A stretch of DNA of 64,000 nt, from NCBI RefSeq assembly GCF_020745735.1, contig NC_083419.1:30340085-30404084 (forward strand). The letters run 5' to 3'. The notes beneath the pieces were generated by a model. The model had not been told where the DNA came from. It did not search any database and was given only the letters and a program-made list of their open reading frames with translations. Below are positions 13,675 to 26,289 of the stretch, piece by piece. The position numbers were made by a program, and so were the translations under genes. This DNA is from Hemiscyllium ocellatum. Its lineage: Eukaryota. Positions within the stretch are counted from its first letter, which is position 1, and each line of letters begins with the position of its first letter.

Positions 13675-15907
13675 ATCCCTCCAGACCTCCCCCTCTCTGA
13701 GGATGAAAGATCAGTCCTAAGCAGAGGCCTCACCTTCATTCCCCTACGCCCTCGAATTAATGAGTTCAACACGCGGCGAGATATTGAACAATTCTTCCGC
13801 CGCCTTCGCCTCTGTGCCTACTTTTACAACCAAGACTCCCGCCCACCCTCTGACAACCCCTTCTCCCGCCTCCAACACACCCCATCCATCTGGACACCCC
13901 GTGCTGGCCTCTTACCCGCCCTTGATCTATTTATAGCCAACTGCCACCGCGACATTAACCGACTCGACCTGTCCACCCCTCTCACCCACTCCAACCTCTC
14001 ACCCTCAGAACGTGCAGCCCTCCACTCCCTCCACTCCAACCCCAACCTCACCATCAAACCAGCAGACAAGGGAGGCGCGGTAGTAGTTTGGCGCACCGAC
14101 CTTTATACCGCTGAGGCCAAACGCCAGCTCGCGGACGCCTCCTCCTATTGCCCCCTTGACCATGACCCCACCTCCCACCACCAAACCATCATCTCCCAGA
14201 CCATCCATAACCTCATCACCTCAGGGGATCTCCCATCCACCACCTCCAACCTCATAGTCCCACAACCCCGCACCGCCCGTTTCTACCTCCTGCCCAAAAT
14301 CCACAAACCTGACTGCCCCGGCTGACCCATTGTCTCAGCCTGCTCCTGCCCCACCGAACTCATCTCCGCGTACCTCGACATGGTTCTGTCCCCTTTAGTC
14401 CAAGAACTCCCCACCTACGTTCAGGACACCACCCATGCCCTCCACCTCCTCCATGATTTTCGCTTCCCCGGTCCCCAACGCCTTATCTTCACGATGAACA
14501 TCCAGTCCCTGTACACCTCCATCCCCCACCACGAAGGACTCAAAGCCCTCCGCTTCTTCCTTTCCCGCCGCACCAACCAGTACCCTTCCACTGACACCCT
14601 CCTTCGACTGACTGAACTGGTCCTCACCCTGAATAACTTCTCTTTCCAATCCTCCCACTTCCTCCAAACTAAAAGAGTTGCCACGGGCACCCGCATGGGC
14701 CCCAGCTATGCCTGTCTCTTTGTAGAATATGTGGAACAGTCCATCTACCGCAACTACACTGGCACCACCCCCCACCTTTTCCTCCGCCACATCGATGACT
14801 GTATCGGCGCTGCCTCATGCTCCCACGAGGAGGTTGAACAGTTCATCAACTTTACCAACACCTTCCATCCTGACCTCAAATTCACCTGGACTGTCTCAGA
14901 CTCCTCCCTCTCCTTCCTAGACCTTTCCATTTCTATCTCGGGCGACCGACTCAACACAGACATCTACTATAAACCGACTGACTCCCACAGCTACCTGGAC
15001 TACACCTCCTCCCACCCTGCCCCCTGTAAAAACTCCATCCCATATTCCCAATTCCTTCGTCTCCGCCGCATCTGATCCCAGGAGGACCAGTTCCAATACC
15101 ATACAGCCCAGATGGCCTCCTTCTTCAAGGACCGCAGATTCCCCCCAGACGTGATCGACGATGCCCTCCACCACATCTCCTCCACTTCCCGCTCCTCCGC
15201 CCTTGAGCCCCGCCCCTCCAACCGCCACCAAGACAGAACCCCACTGGTTCTCACCTACCACCCCACCAACCTCCATATACAGCGTATCATCCGCCGTCAT
15301 TTCCGCCAACTCCAAACGGACCCCACCACCAGGGATATATTTCCCTCCCCTCCCCTTTGCATTCCGCAAAGACCACTCCCTTCGTAACTCCCTCGTCAGG
15401 TCCATACCCCCCACCAACCCAACCTCCACTCCAGGCACCTTCCCCTGCAACCGCAGGAAATGTAAAACTTGCACCCACACCTCCTCCCTTACTTCTCTCC
15501 AAGGCCCTAAGGGATCCTTCCATATCCGCCACAAATTCACCTGCACCTCCACACACATTGTCTATTGCATCTGCTGCACCCGATGTGGCCTCCTCTATAT
15601 TGGGGAGACGGGCCGCCTACTTGCAGAACGCTTCAGGGAACACCTCTGGGACGCCCGGACCAACCAACCCAACCATCCCGTGGCTCAACACTTTAACTCT
15701 CCCTCCCACTCCACCAAAGACATGCAGGTCCTTGGACTCCTCCATCGCCAGAACATAACAACACGACGGTTGGAGGAAGAGCGCCTCATCTTCCGCCTGG
15801 GAACCCTCCAACCACAAGGGACGAACTCATATTTCTCCAGTTTCCTCATTTTCCCTCCCCCCACCTTGTCTCAGTTGATTCCCCTGAACTTAGCACTGCC
15901 CTCCTAA
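13675..15907 (+). pseudogene. PLE polyprotein pseudogene: reverse transcriptase, Cys-rich linker and GIY-YIG endonuclease
   Basis: LSRGLTFIP, KPADKGGAVVVW, FYLLPKIHK, GTRMGPSYACLF, RHIDD (for YIDD), IYYKPTD, CNRRKCKTC, IVYCICCTRCGLLYIGETGR; stops at 14323 and 15073, frameshift near 15355. Confidence 0.95.
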
Positions 15908-16136
15908 CCTGCAATCCTCTTCCTGACCTCTCCGCCCCCACCTCACTCCAGCCTATCACCCTCACCTTGACCTCCTTCCACCTATCACATCTTCATCGCC
16001 CCTCCCCCAAGTCCCTCCTCCCTACCTTTTATCTTAGCCTGCCTGGCACCCTCTCCTCATTCCTGATGAAGGGCTCTGGCCCGAAATGTCGAATTTCCCG
16101 TTCCTTGTATGCTGCCTGACCTGCTGTGCTTTAACC
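13677..16136 (+). mobile_element. Penelope-like retroelement (Neptune-type), 5'-truncated, tailless 3' end, 10-bp TSD
   Basis: RT plus GIY-YIG coding remnant and pLTR with HHR; TSD AGCTCTGAAT at 13667-13676 and 16137-16146. Confidence 0.95.
16059..16094 (+). ncRNA. Minimal type I hammerhead ribozyme motif in the PLE pLTR
   Basis: ATTC-CTGATGA-A-GGGC(tctg)GCCC-GAAA-TGTC-GAAT: stem I ATTC/GAAT, 4-bp stem II, GUC cleavage triplet; other copies read GAAACGTC (palindromic stem III). Confidence 0.8.
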
Positions 16137-16924
16137 AGCTCTGAATAAAGATCAATTTGTGCTACTGAACACGGGACTCGGACTCCTATTTAAAAAATCC
16201 CTCTCCAACAAGGTATATTTGACAAATATTACTAACCATATTTTTCTCTGTGTTTAAAGCCTAAAGAAATTGGACTTAATTAAGAGAAATCACAAAATCT
16301 TCAGACTATTGTACTTCAAATATAAGTTGATCCAGATTTTCAGTAGGCCTGTCCTTTGGCTGATGATCAAGACCGAATTACCAACACAATAGATAACAGA
16401 AATCTCTGTCTATTGACTCCTCACAGACAAAGTTAGAATTGATCCTGACTTATAACCAGCACTTTGTTTGCAATCTTCTTTCAGTGTTGTTTTAGGCATT
16501 GATCCACTCTTAGGGATTAAATGTACCAAGTAAAATTTGGTGAACCTGAAATAAAACACTAACTGCTGAAAGTACGTAGCAGGTCAATCAACATCAAAAC
16601 AAGAAAGGAGCAAATCTTCACAGAAGATCTTAGTTAAATGCTCTTTAATGGCAGGTTTAAACATTTTCAAAAACTCATTTAATGTTATAGATTTCTTAAA
16701 TTCATTATAAATTTGACTGTATATTTTATTCCCAATTTGTATTAATAATTTTGGAGATCACTTAATATAAATCCCTTTTGCTTTGTTTATGTTTCTATCT
16801 GATTTAATGGGGATAGTCTCATCCTTGATATGAATGCAGTCAGAAACTACATTGTAGTATTGCAATGAACCTGAGCTGCATTTAAATTAATCTTTGAATT
16901 GTAAATTAAAGTCACCAGAGTTCT

Positions 16925-17095
16925 ATTAATGCATCAAAGAGGCAACCTGTGGTAGTTTAACCTGAGAGTCACCATGCAGGTGAAAGGGTAAGAAAGAAAG
17001 GTCCACCTGGCAACCTCAGCTGATGTGTGAAGAGAACTCACACTCTTGGTTTTACCCTACATTAGACACCAGCTATCCGGCCAACTGAGCTAGCC
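16925..17095 (-). mobile_element. tRNA-derived SINE
   Basis: Reverse complement begins ggctagctcagttgg (A-box) and has a B-box-like gagttctcttc. Confidence 0.6.
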
Positions 17096-17099
17096 ATCT

Positions 17100-20000
17100 T
17101 TTTTCCAAAAGGCAGGTAGTGACTAGTGAGGCGCCACAAGGATCAGCGTTAGGACCCCATCTATTCACAATGTAGAGCAATGATTTAGTTGAAGGAATTA
17201 AATGTACTACCCCCAAATTTGCAGATGACACAATGCTGGGTGGGAGGGTGAGTTGTGAGGAGGATGCACAATGCAGTTGAGTGAGTGGGAAAATGCATAT
17301 TAGATATAACATTGTGGGTAAAATTGGGCTTATCCACTTATCTACATTGGAAGCAAAAACAGGAAGGCAGATCATTATCTGAATGGCTGTCAAGTGAAAG
17401 AGAAGAATGTGCAATGAGACCTGGGTATCCTTGTATGCCAGTCACTGAAGGTAAACATGCAGGTGCAGCAGGCATTGAAGAAGGCAAATGGTACTGAGAG
17501 GAACTGAGTAGAGCTGAAAATGTGTTGCTGGAAAAGCGCAGCAGGTCAGGCAGCATTCAAGGAGCAGGAGAATCGACATTTCGGGCATTAGCCCTTCTTC
17601 AGGAATGAGGAGAGTGTGCCAAGCAGGCTAAGATAAAAGGTAGGGGGGAGAGATGTGGGGAGGGGCATTGGAAATGTGATAGGTGGAAGGAGGTTAAGGT
17701 GAAGGTGATAGGCCGGAGTGGGCGTGGAGCGGAGAGGTCAGGAAGAAGATTGCAGGTTAAGAAGGTGGTGCTGAGTTCGAGCGTTGGGACTGAGACAACG
17801 TGGGGGGAGGGGAAATGAGGAAACTGGAGAAATCTGAGTTCATCCGTTGTGGTTGGAGGGTTCCTAGGCGGAAGATGAGCCACTCTTTCTCCAGCCGTCA
17901 TGTTGCCTTGATCTGGTGATGGATAAGTTCAAGGATCTGCATGTCCTTGGTGGAGTGGGAGGGGGAGTTGAAGTGTTCAGCCACTGGGTGATTGGGTTTG
18001 TTGATCCGGGTGTCCCAGAGGTGTTCTCTGAAACGTTCCGCAAGTAGGCGGCCTGTCTCCCCAATATAGAGGAGGCCACATCGGGTGCAGCGGATGCAAT
18101 AGATGATGTGTGTGGAGGTGCAGGTGAATTTGTGGTGGATATGGAAGGATCCCTTGGGTCCTTGGAGGGAAGTAAGGGGGGAGGTGTGGGCACATGTTTT
18201 GCATTTTTTGCGGTTGCAGTGAAAGGTGCCGGGTGTGGAAATTGGGTTGGTGGGTGGTGTGGACCTGACAAGGGAGTCACGGAGGGAGTGGTCTTTTCAG
18301 AACACTGATAGGGGAGGGGAGGGGAATATATCCCTGGAGGTGGGGTCCGTTTGGAGGTGGCGGAAATGACGAAGGATGATGTGATATATATGGAGTTGGT
18401 GGAGTGGTAGGTGAGGACCAGTGGTCTTCTGTTCTGGTGGCGGTTGGAGGGGCGGGGCTCAAGGGTGGAGGGGCGGAATGTGGAGGAGATGCGGTGGAGA
18501 CCATCGTCAATCACATCTGGGGGGAAATTGCAGTCTTTGAAGAAGGAGGCCATCTGGGTTGTATGGTATTGGAAATGGTCCTCCTGGGAGCAGATGTGGC
18601 GGAGACGAAGGAATTGGGAATATGGGATGGCGTTTTTACAGGGGGCAGGGTGGGAGGAGGTGTAGTCTAGGTAGCTGTGGGAGTCGGTCAGTTTATAGTA
18701 GATGCCTGTGTTGATTTGGTCGCCCGAGATAGAAATGGAGAGGTCTAGGAAGGGGAGGAAAGAGTCTGAGACGGTCCAGGCAAATTTGAGATCAGGGTGG
18801 AAGGTGTTGGTAAAGTGGATGAACTATTCAACCTCCTCATGGGAGCACGAAGCAGCGCTGATACAATCATCGATGTAGGGAGAAAAGGTGGGGGGTGGTG
18901 CCTATGTAGCTGCAGAAGATGGACTGTTCCACATATCCTACGAAGAGGCAGGCAAAGCTGGGGCCCATGCGGGTGCACATTTGCACCCAATGTGGCCTCC
19001 TCTATATTGGGGAGACAGGCCGCCTACTTGCAGAACGTTTCAGAGAATACTTCCGGGACACCCGGACCAAACAACCCAACCACCCCATGGCTCAACACTT
19101 CAACTCCCCCTCCCACTCCGCCAAGGACATGCAGGTCCTTGGACTCCTCCATCGCCAGACCATAGCAACATGACGGCTGGAGGAAGAGCGCCTCATCTTC
19201 TGCCTAGGAACCCTCCAACCACAAGGGATGAACTCAGATTTCTCCAGTCTCCTCATTTCCTCTCCCCCCACCTTGTCTCAGTCCCAACCCTCGAACTCAG
19301 CACCACCTTCTTAACCTGCAATCTTCTTCCTGACCTCTCCGCCCCCACCCCCACTCCGGCCTATCACCTTCACCTTAACCTCCTTCAACCTATCACATTT
19401 CCAACGCCCCTCCCCCAAGTCCCTCCTCCCTACCTTTTATCTTAGCCTGCTTGGCACACTCTCCTCATTCTTGAAGAAGGGCTCATGCCCGAAACGTTAA
19501 GTCTCCTGCTCCTTGGATGCTGCCTGACCTGCTGCACTTTTCCAGCAACACATTTTCAGCTCTGATCTCCAGCATCTGCAGTCCTCACTTTCTCCTACGA
19601 TCTGAGTAGAGTTCAGGTTATGGTTAGGCATGGGTTAGGGTTGAAGTTGGAATGTCTTTCAGTAATTATGTATATCCTTGATGAAACTACACATAAGGTA
19701 ATATGAGCAGTTTTGATCTCCTTATCTGTGCAAGGATATTCTTGCCATAGGGGTTTACCAGACTGATTCCTGGAATGTGAGGAGCAGTTGAATTGGTTGG
19801 GATTATATTTGCTGGAGTGCAGAAAAATGAGGGGAAATCTCACAGAAATCCATAACATTCTCACTGGACTAGACAGGGTAGGTGCAGGAAAATGGTGTTC
19901 CCAATGACAGTTGAGTCCAAAACCAGGGTCACACTCTGAGAGCATGAGGAAAACAATTTAAGATGGCAATGAAGAGAAATCTTTTAATCCAGAAGTGGTG

Positions 20001-20190
20001 AACCTTTGAAACATGCTACCACGGAAAGCAGACGAGGCCAAAGCCAACTCGGAATTCAAGAGGAGTCGAATATATCACTTGGATCAATGAATGTGGGGGA
20101 AAAGCAAGATCTGGTTATTGGGTTGGATGATCAGTCATAATTGTAATGAATTACAGAGCAGGCACAGAAGGTCAAATGGCCAATTTTCTG
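17100..20190 (+). mobile_element. Decayed CR1 LINE split by the inverted PLE at 17514-19596
   Basis: PQGSALGP and KFADDT motifs at left; MRGNLTE-like segment and 3' UTR at right. Confidence 0.8.
17514..19596. mobile_element. Head-to-head inverted Neptune-type PLE insertion (long minus arm 17514-18977, short plus arm 18982-19596)
   Basis: Minus arm runs from the RT motif RMGPSFACLF through GIY-YIG to a tailless pLTR; plus arm runs from CTQCGLLYIGET to the tailed pLTR; TSD CTGAGTAGAG at 17504-17513 and 19602-19611. Confidence 0.93.
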
Positions 20191-21994
20191 TGGGACTTTT
20201 TTCAATATGACCATCAATTATGTTTCTCTATTCAATGAGACAATAGTTGATCAGCAATGTAATTTCAAACATTCACCTTGCACCATATCACTCAATACCT
20301 CAGGCTAACAAATATTTATCAATCTCAATTTTGCAATTATCAACTGCTCTAGCATTAAATGCCATTTGCAAAAGAGTTCCCAAACATCCACCACCCTTTG
20401 TGTAACCGGGCAAGCTAATACTTCTCTTTATTAATCATCCTGGATCTTTTCAAACCAAACTTTATCAGCAAAATCATATTAGTAAATGCCAGAGTGTACA
20501 GTCATATAGAAAATCTATAAACAATTATGGAAAAGAGTGTTCTTGTCAAATTTAAGCTATTTTGTTCTTTAAAAGGTAGAAAAGTTAATCTACAATTACC
20601 TGTAAAAATACTCCATCTGAAGAACACTCCAACAATTTTTTTTCAGAATGTTATTTGTAAACATTATTGAAAGAATGAAATGGGGCTACTTTTGAATTCA
20701 ACTGACATTTTTTTCTGTTGAGACTGAGTTTTCAGGATGGTTGGTCCAAACATTCAAAAGGAACTGTCATGCTTGTTGCTACAATGATGGTGTGTGGTCA
20801 TGCCTTGGGACCTTCGCTAAATTATTCAGGGCCTTTTTAAAGGTGACACCTGTGTCTTTTGCAAAGACCCAGATGTTATTCCAATATGGTAATGAGGACC
20901 CTGTGACTATTTCAAGACTCATGCTAAAAACATGCCCAGCTCCAAGCAGAGCTGTCGACTTTGTATGATATCCTCTCAGATCATTACCTTTCTGCACTTT
21001 TTATCCCTGCCCCAGTCAGGAAGATCTGTGTTGGCTTGATGTTCAGCCTCCACTCTCGTCCTCCTACCACCCCAGCACTGACTTGAAGATGTACAGCAGC
21101 TATAATGCACACCCTCCACCACCCACAAAATCAGTTCAGCTCCCCTCATTCCCAGCTCAAACCTGTGTGTGAACTATAGCCACATATATGACACATATAT
21201 TTTCATGATTGATTTTTTTTGAGGATTCCTGTTTAAGGAATTGCATATACTGTTTCATTTGAAATTGTGAGAAGGCAAGGGTTTGGTTTTTTAAGATGTC
21301 ACTAACAAGATCAGTTTCACACTTTCTAAAAAAGATACTTACTGAAAGTGACATGGTATAAGCAAACAGCTTGACCTTGTTTATGTGAAGTTGCGTGCTT
21401 AAGTTTATGTACGTCAGTAGTTGTGGCATTTTGACATTATTTGGAGTTTAGTTGGTGTATGAAGCCTGCTGAGAGAAGTCACCCAATTCATCCTCTTCCA
21501 TCTGTTTTGAAAAATCTTCCACAAATCTCAGGTGAGAGCAACAATTCTCCTGGGAAGTGTCTGGATGACTTATTTTCTACATTTCCTCAATGAACTCCTT
21601 TTGGAAAATTCCCAATGACAACATTATGTATCTAATGATAATCAGCTATTTGTGTGAAGATACTAAAAGGGAAATTTATATGTATGCAGTTGGAACACTG
21701 CCCCTTTCAAACAGCTGGTCAGGTGACTCAAAAGGGCAGAGCTCAGGGCTCAGTCTCGAGCTGGCTGTGAAAGTATGAGCATCTAAAATAAGGAATTCCT
21801 GTTCACTGTTTTACCTGTGTCTTCCTTGTATATAATTCCTGGTTCCCAGCAAATTACAAACTTAACAGAAATCTTATGCATCATTTCCTATTCTCTCCTT
21901 CATTTTCCATGAATTAGCAATTAGTTGGCATAAGTATTTTTAAAAATTTGATCTCTGCAGAAAAAGCTTCCCACATACATCTTTATTTTAAAAA

Positions 21995-22160
21995 TAAACT
22001 TTGGATGCTGTAAATCAAAAACAAAAACAGATGTTGTTGGAAAAACTCAGCAGGTCTGTTCTGAGGAAGAGTCACTCGACCAAAAAACATTAACTCTGAT
22101 TTCTCTCCACAGATGCTGCCAGATCTACTGAACATTTTTAGCAATTTTTGTTATTGTTTT
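21995..22160. mobile_element. Old inverted PLE mini-element with a decayed HHR
   Basis: Antisense tailed pLTR followed by sense ctgaggaagagtcactcgaccaaaaaacatt; arms partly complementary. Confidence 0.6.
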
Positions 22161-22505
22161 ATTTAGTGTGAGTCCATTAATACAAATGTATATTCTGAAT
22201 AACCTGTCATATTTCAAACAGTGTGGTAGTAAGCTTTACATTTATTGAATATGTCTTGAATTTGTCTTAACAAATCAGTAGTTTAGTTATTGACTAAATA
22301 AAGATTGATTGGTAGATTTATATTTTAAAATAGATTTGCATACATAAATGGGTATCTTAATGCACTGGGTAAAGCCTTTTATTAACCTATGTTATGACTA
22401 GTAGGATAGCAGGCCCATAGAGAGACACTGTACTCCTACAAGCCTCACTCATGACACTGGTTACATGAAGAGCCAGCATTCTCTCCAGCCACAGACATGC
22501 CTTTG

Positions 22506-22733
22506 TGTAGTGATTGTAACAAGGTCAGCCAGATGGGCCTCATTGAATATGAGTTCCCTGATTAGACCAGATTAACTGCCCAACCTGGGAACCCTGGCTG
22601 ACAGATATAAACAGGAGCTTTCTGTTCACTCTGAGAGTTTACTCTGAGGAAGCTGGATCGGTATCATAAACTTTCCACGTGTAAATAAAGGGTGACTTGG
22701 TGTTGGGATACCAGCCTCTGTGGAGTTATTTCA
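22506..22733 (+). mobile_element. 228-bp solo LTR
   Basis: TG...CA termini, TATA-like gatataaa, AATAAA, 5-bp TSD CTTTG at 22501-22505 and 22734-22738. Confidence 0.85.
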
Positions 22734-23489
22734 CTTTGGAAGCTACCTTTGGAAGTGTGACAAGTGCTCGGAGAACACATTAAGTCTCAGGATGAAGCAT
22801 ATTGACGATTTGTGATTGAGCCTCTTGGTTAGGGTATATGCTGGTCTCATGCTTTTGGGTATAAAACATTTGTCAATGAGCTGTCGTGGACTTCAGACTT
22901 TTAGAGCCTCAGCTTTTCATTTTAACTTCAAAAAAATGTTTGCAGCAGTTGCGATATTGTTTGTGGTCTCAGCTGAACTGATTTACAAAATGCAAAACAT
23001 ATCACCAAATGTTTGCTTACAAACTTGCTGACATCCTCAAAAACAATGAAACTTCCTTAAGATGTATTTCAAGTTCCAGTGACAAATGCAGTGAGTTTGA
23101 TCGATGAAATGCTGGTTGTAGCAAGAAAAAACATTACATGGTACTTATTTTCTAGTTTCTCTATAAAAGTTATATTGCTAAATATGATGCTTCTGATGTT
23201 AGCTACTAAAAAAAACTATGCTATTGTCACTCACCTAATATTTAACCACAAACAAACTTCTGTGTGACAAGATGGACAATAACATTCATTGAAATGCTTA
23301 TAATGACTGATATTCTGCTCACAAACTGCTATTGTAAGCAGCATTTGATGATGTACAAAACAAAAATGTCATTGTAATTGTGCTTACCTATCAAAAATAT
23401 TTATTTTAAGTATGAATTTGTGTTGCCAGAATTGATATTCTTTGGGCTTTGTTTTTTTTACACAAGCGTTGCAACAAGCTCTGTATTTG

Positions 23490-24490
23490 TTACTCATTTC
23501 CAAGAATTTTTGAGAAGATGGAGATGAGCTGCTTTCTCGAGCTGTTGCAGCCCATCTGGTGGAGGTACATTCATAGTGCTGCTGGGAAAGGAGTTCCACG
23601 ATGTTAATTCAGTGACATTAAAGGTATGGTGATATAGTTCCAAGGCAGGATGTTGTGTGACTTACAGTCATAGAGCCATAGAAACGTACAGCATGGAAAC
23701 ATACCCTTCGGTCCAACCCATCCACGCTGACTAGATAACCCAACCCAATCTACTCCCACCTGCCAGCACCCGGCACATATCCGTCTGAACCCTTCCTATT
23801 CATAAACCCATTCAAAAGCCTCTTAAATGTTGCAATTGTACCAACCTCCACCACTTCCTCTGGCAGCTCATTCCTCTGTGTGAAAAAGTTGCCCCTTAGG
23901 TCTCCTTTATATCTTTTCCCTCTCACCCTAAAGCTATGCCTCTAGTTCTGGACACCCCAACCCCAGGGAAAAGACTTTGTCTATTTATCCTATCCATCCC
24001 CCTCATAATTTTGTAAACCGCTATAAGGTCACCCCTCAGCCTCCGATGCTCCAGGGAAAACAGCCCCAGCCTGTTCAGCCTCTCCCTATAGCTGAAACTT
24101 GCCATTTGTCTGAATTAATTAAACTTGACACTCCTAACTTTAGCCTTGCAGATGACAGACTGGCTTAGGAGTGCTGTGGAAGACGAGTAGGGAGAGGTAA
24201 GTAACTCATCACAGAATTCCCAGCCTCTGACTTGCTCTTGTGTCCACAGTGTAATAACTGATTCCATTAAGTTTCTGCATAGTGGCAGCCGCCTTGGATG
24301 TTGATGGTGTGGGATTCAGTAATGCAAAGCAGTTGACTGTCAAAATAAGATGGTTAGATTCTCTGATGTTGAAAATGGTCATTATCTCAACCTTCTGCAT
24401 ATTAGTTAATATTTTTCAGCCCAAGTCTGAATGTTACTGCATATAAACATGGACTTCTACAGTATCTGAAGCTTTGTGAAAAGTTTTGAA
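23490..24490 (-). mobile_element. Old LINE fragments with a younger CR1 3' end nested at ~23666-24095
   Basis: Nested part encodes YRERLNRLGLFSLEHRRLRGDLI; flanks resemble the antisense of the old family at 37515-40970. Confidence 0.75.
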
Positions 24491-24707
24491 TACTGAATGT
24501 TACCAGTAATAAAAGCAATACTTTGAGGAATGGAATTTCCAAAATTAATTCTAGACAGATTTTTAAAACTTCACCTTATTTGGTTTTATATAATAAAGTA
24601 CAAGATACTGATCTTATCCGGCAGAATCTGTGATGAGAGTACCATGGTAAATGATTCAGATCAATGACCATTTATTTAGACTAGTGAGCCTTACATCTGC
24701 TGTAGGA

Positions 24708-24760
24708 GAAAGTGAGGACTGCAGATGCTGGAGATCAGTGCTGAAAATATGTTGCTGGAA
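24708..24760 (-). mobile_element. ~55-bp PLE tail-only insertion with 13-bp TSD
   Basis: TSD ATCTGCTGTAGGA at 24695-24707 and 24761-24773; insert matches the last ~55 nt of the family-1 pLTR. Confidence 0.88.
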
Positions 24761-24774
24761 ATCTGCTGTAGGAA

Positions 24775-25610
24775 AAGGAAAGAATTATAAGAGATAGGAT
24801 TTATAATCATCAAGCAAGCAACAATTTGATTGGAAATAGTCAACATGGATTTGTCAAGGGCAGGTTGTGTCTCAAAAACCACATTGAGTTTTTGAGAAGG
24901 TGACCAGCATGTGAATGAGGGTAGGACAATTGATGTGGTGTACATGGACTTCAGTAAATGCTTTGATAAGGTTCCACATGGCAAGCAGTTGGAGAAAATG
25001 CAGAGGCATGGGATTGAGGGTGATTTAGCAGTTTAGATAAAAAAAACTAGTTTTCTGTGAGAAGGCAACGAGTTGCGATTGTTGGAAAATATTCAGCCTG
25101 GAGTCGAGTCACTAGTGGTGAGCCACAAGCCTCTGTTTTGGGACTTCTGCTGTTTGTCATTTTTATAAACAACTTGGGTGCAGGCATAGTTGGATCAGTT
25201 AGTAAATTTGCAGGTGATACTAAAGTTGGTGGAGTGGTGGACAGTGTGGAAGAATATTGCAGGTTGTAAGGAGACTTGGATAAACTGCAGAATTGGGCTG
25301 AGAGGTGTCGAATGGAGTTCAATACAGATAAATGTGAGATGATTCACTATGGAAAGAATAACAGGAAGGCAGAGTACTGGGTTAATGGAAAGATTCTTGG
25401 TAGAGTGGATGTTCAGAGGGATCTTGGTGTCCATGTTCAGAGATCCCTGATAGTGATGTTAAGAAGGCACATGGTGTGTTAGGTTTTAATGGTAGAGGGA
25501 TTGAGTTCCAGAGCTGTGATGTCATGCTGTAACTGTACAAAATGCTAATCCAGCTGCACTTGGAATATTGTGTACAGTTCTGGTTGTCCCATTACAGGAC
25601 GTGGAAGCAT
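24775..25610 (+). mobile_element. CR1 RT fragment
   Basis: SQHGF, YMDFSKCFDKVPH, PQASVLGLLLF and KFAGDTK motifs. Confidence 0.9.
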
Positions 25611-26289
25611 CATGGAGATTGTGATGAGAGTATAGAAGTGGGAGTTATCCTCAGAGGTTAGATAGGGAAATGACTACACATGGCTAGGACAGAGAGAGTG
25701 CATCCACAGTGAGACACAGCCCAAGTGAGCTGCTTTCTATTTTATTTCTCTTCCATAGTTCAGCCAACTACCCCATATCCACTCGCCTACTTCACGGTTG
25801 TGCTGAGCTGTGCTGACAGGTTCTGTCATTACAACCCAACCTAATATCTTTTATGGTCACTGCATCAGTTCAGGGAATTTAGAGGCAATGTGAGAGTTTG
25901 TTGCTTTTTGGTTCCTTTTTTTGCTCAAAGTTTGTAATGTTTTTCTTTAAGGACAAATTGAAGCACAAAATTAGGGGCCCATCAAAAAAGAGTGACATCA
26001 TAGGCAATCCATAAATTCAATGGTTGGTGATATCTACGAACTTGACTATCTATCATAGGCTACTTTCAGATTGAAGCTAAGTAGGGGAAATATTCACAAG
26101 TTACAAACTAAAAGACTGGTAGGGTCTTTTTTAAAATCAAAATAGAGATTCAGGGCTAAGCGATGTGTTGAACTAGCCCAATTGTGGCACATCATGTAAC
26201 TTGTAAATTAAGGGGTGGTAGGTATAGGACAGATGTTAGGGGTAGATTCTTTACTCAGCAAGTCCTGAGTTCATGGAATGCCCTGCCAC

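Noticed and set aside
14395-19445. Many long overlapping Pro-rich or Gly-rich ORFs
   Set aside because: Alternative and antisense frames of the C-rich PLE strand, which is poor in stop codons
20700-20870. Possible exon after ttttcag at ~20735
   Set aside because: No recognisable product; two frames stop early and nothing independently supports the third
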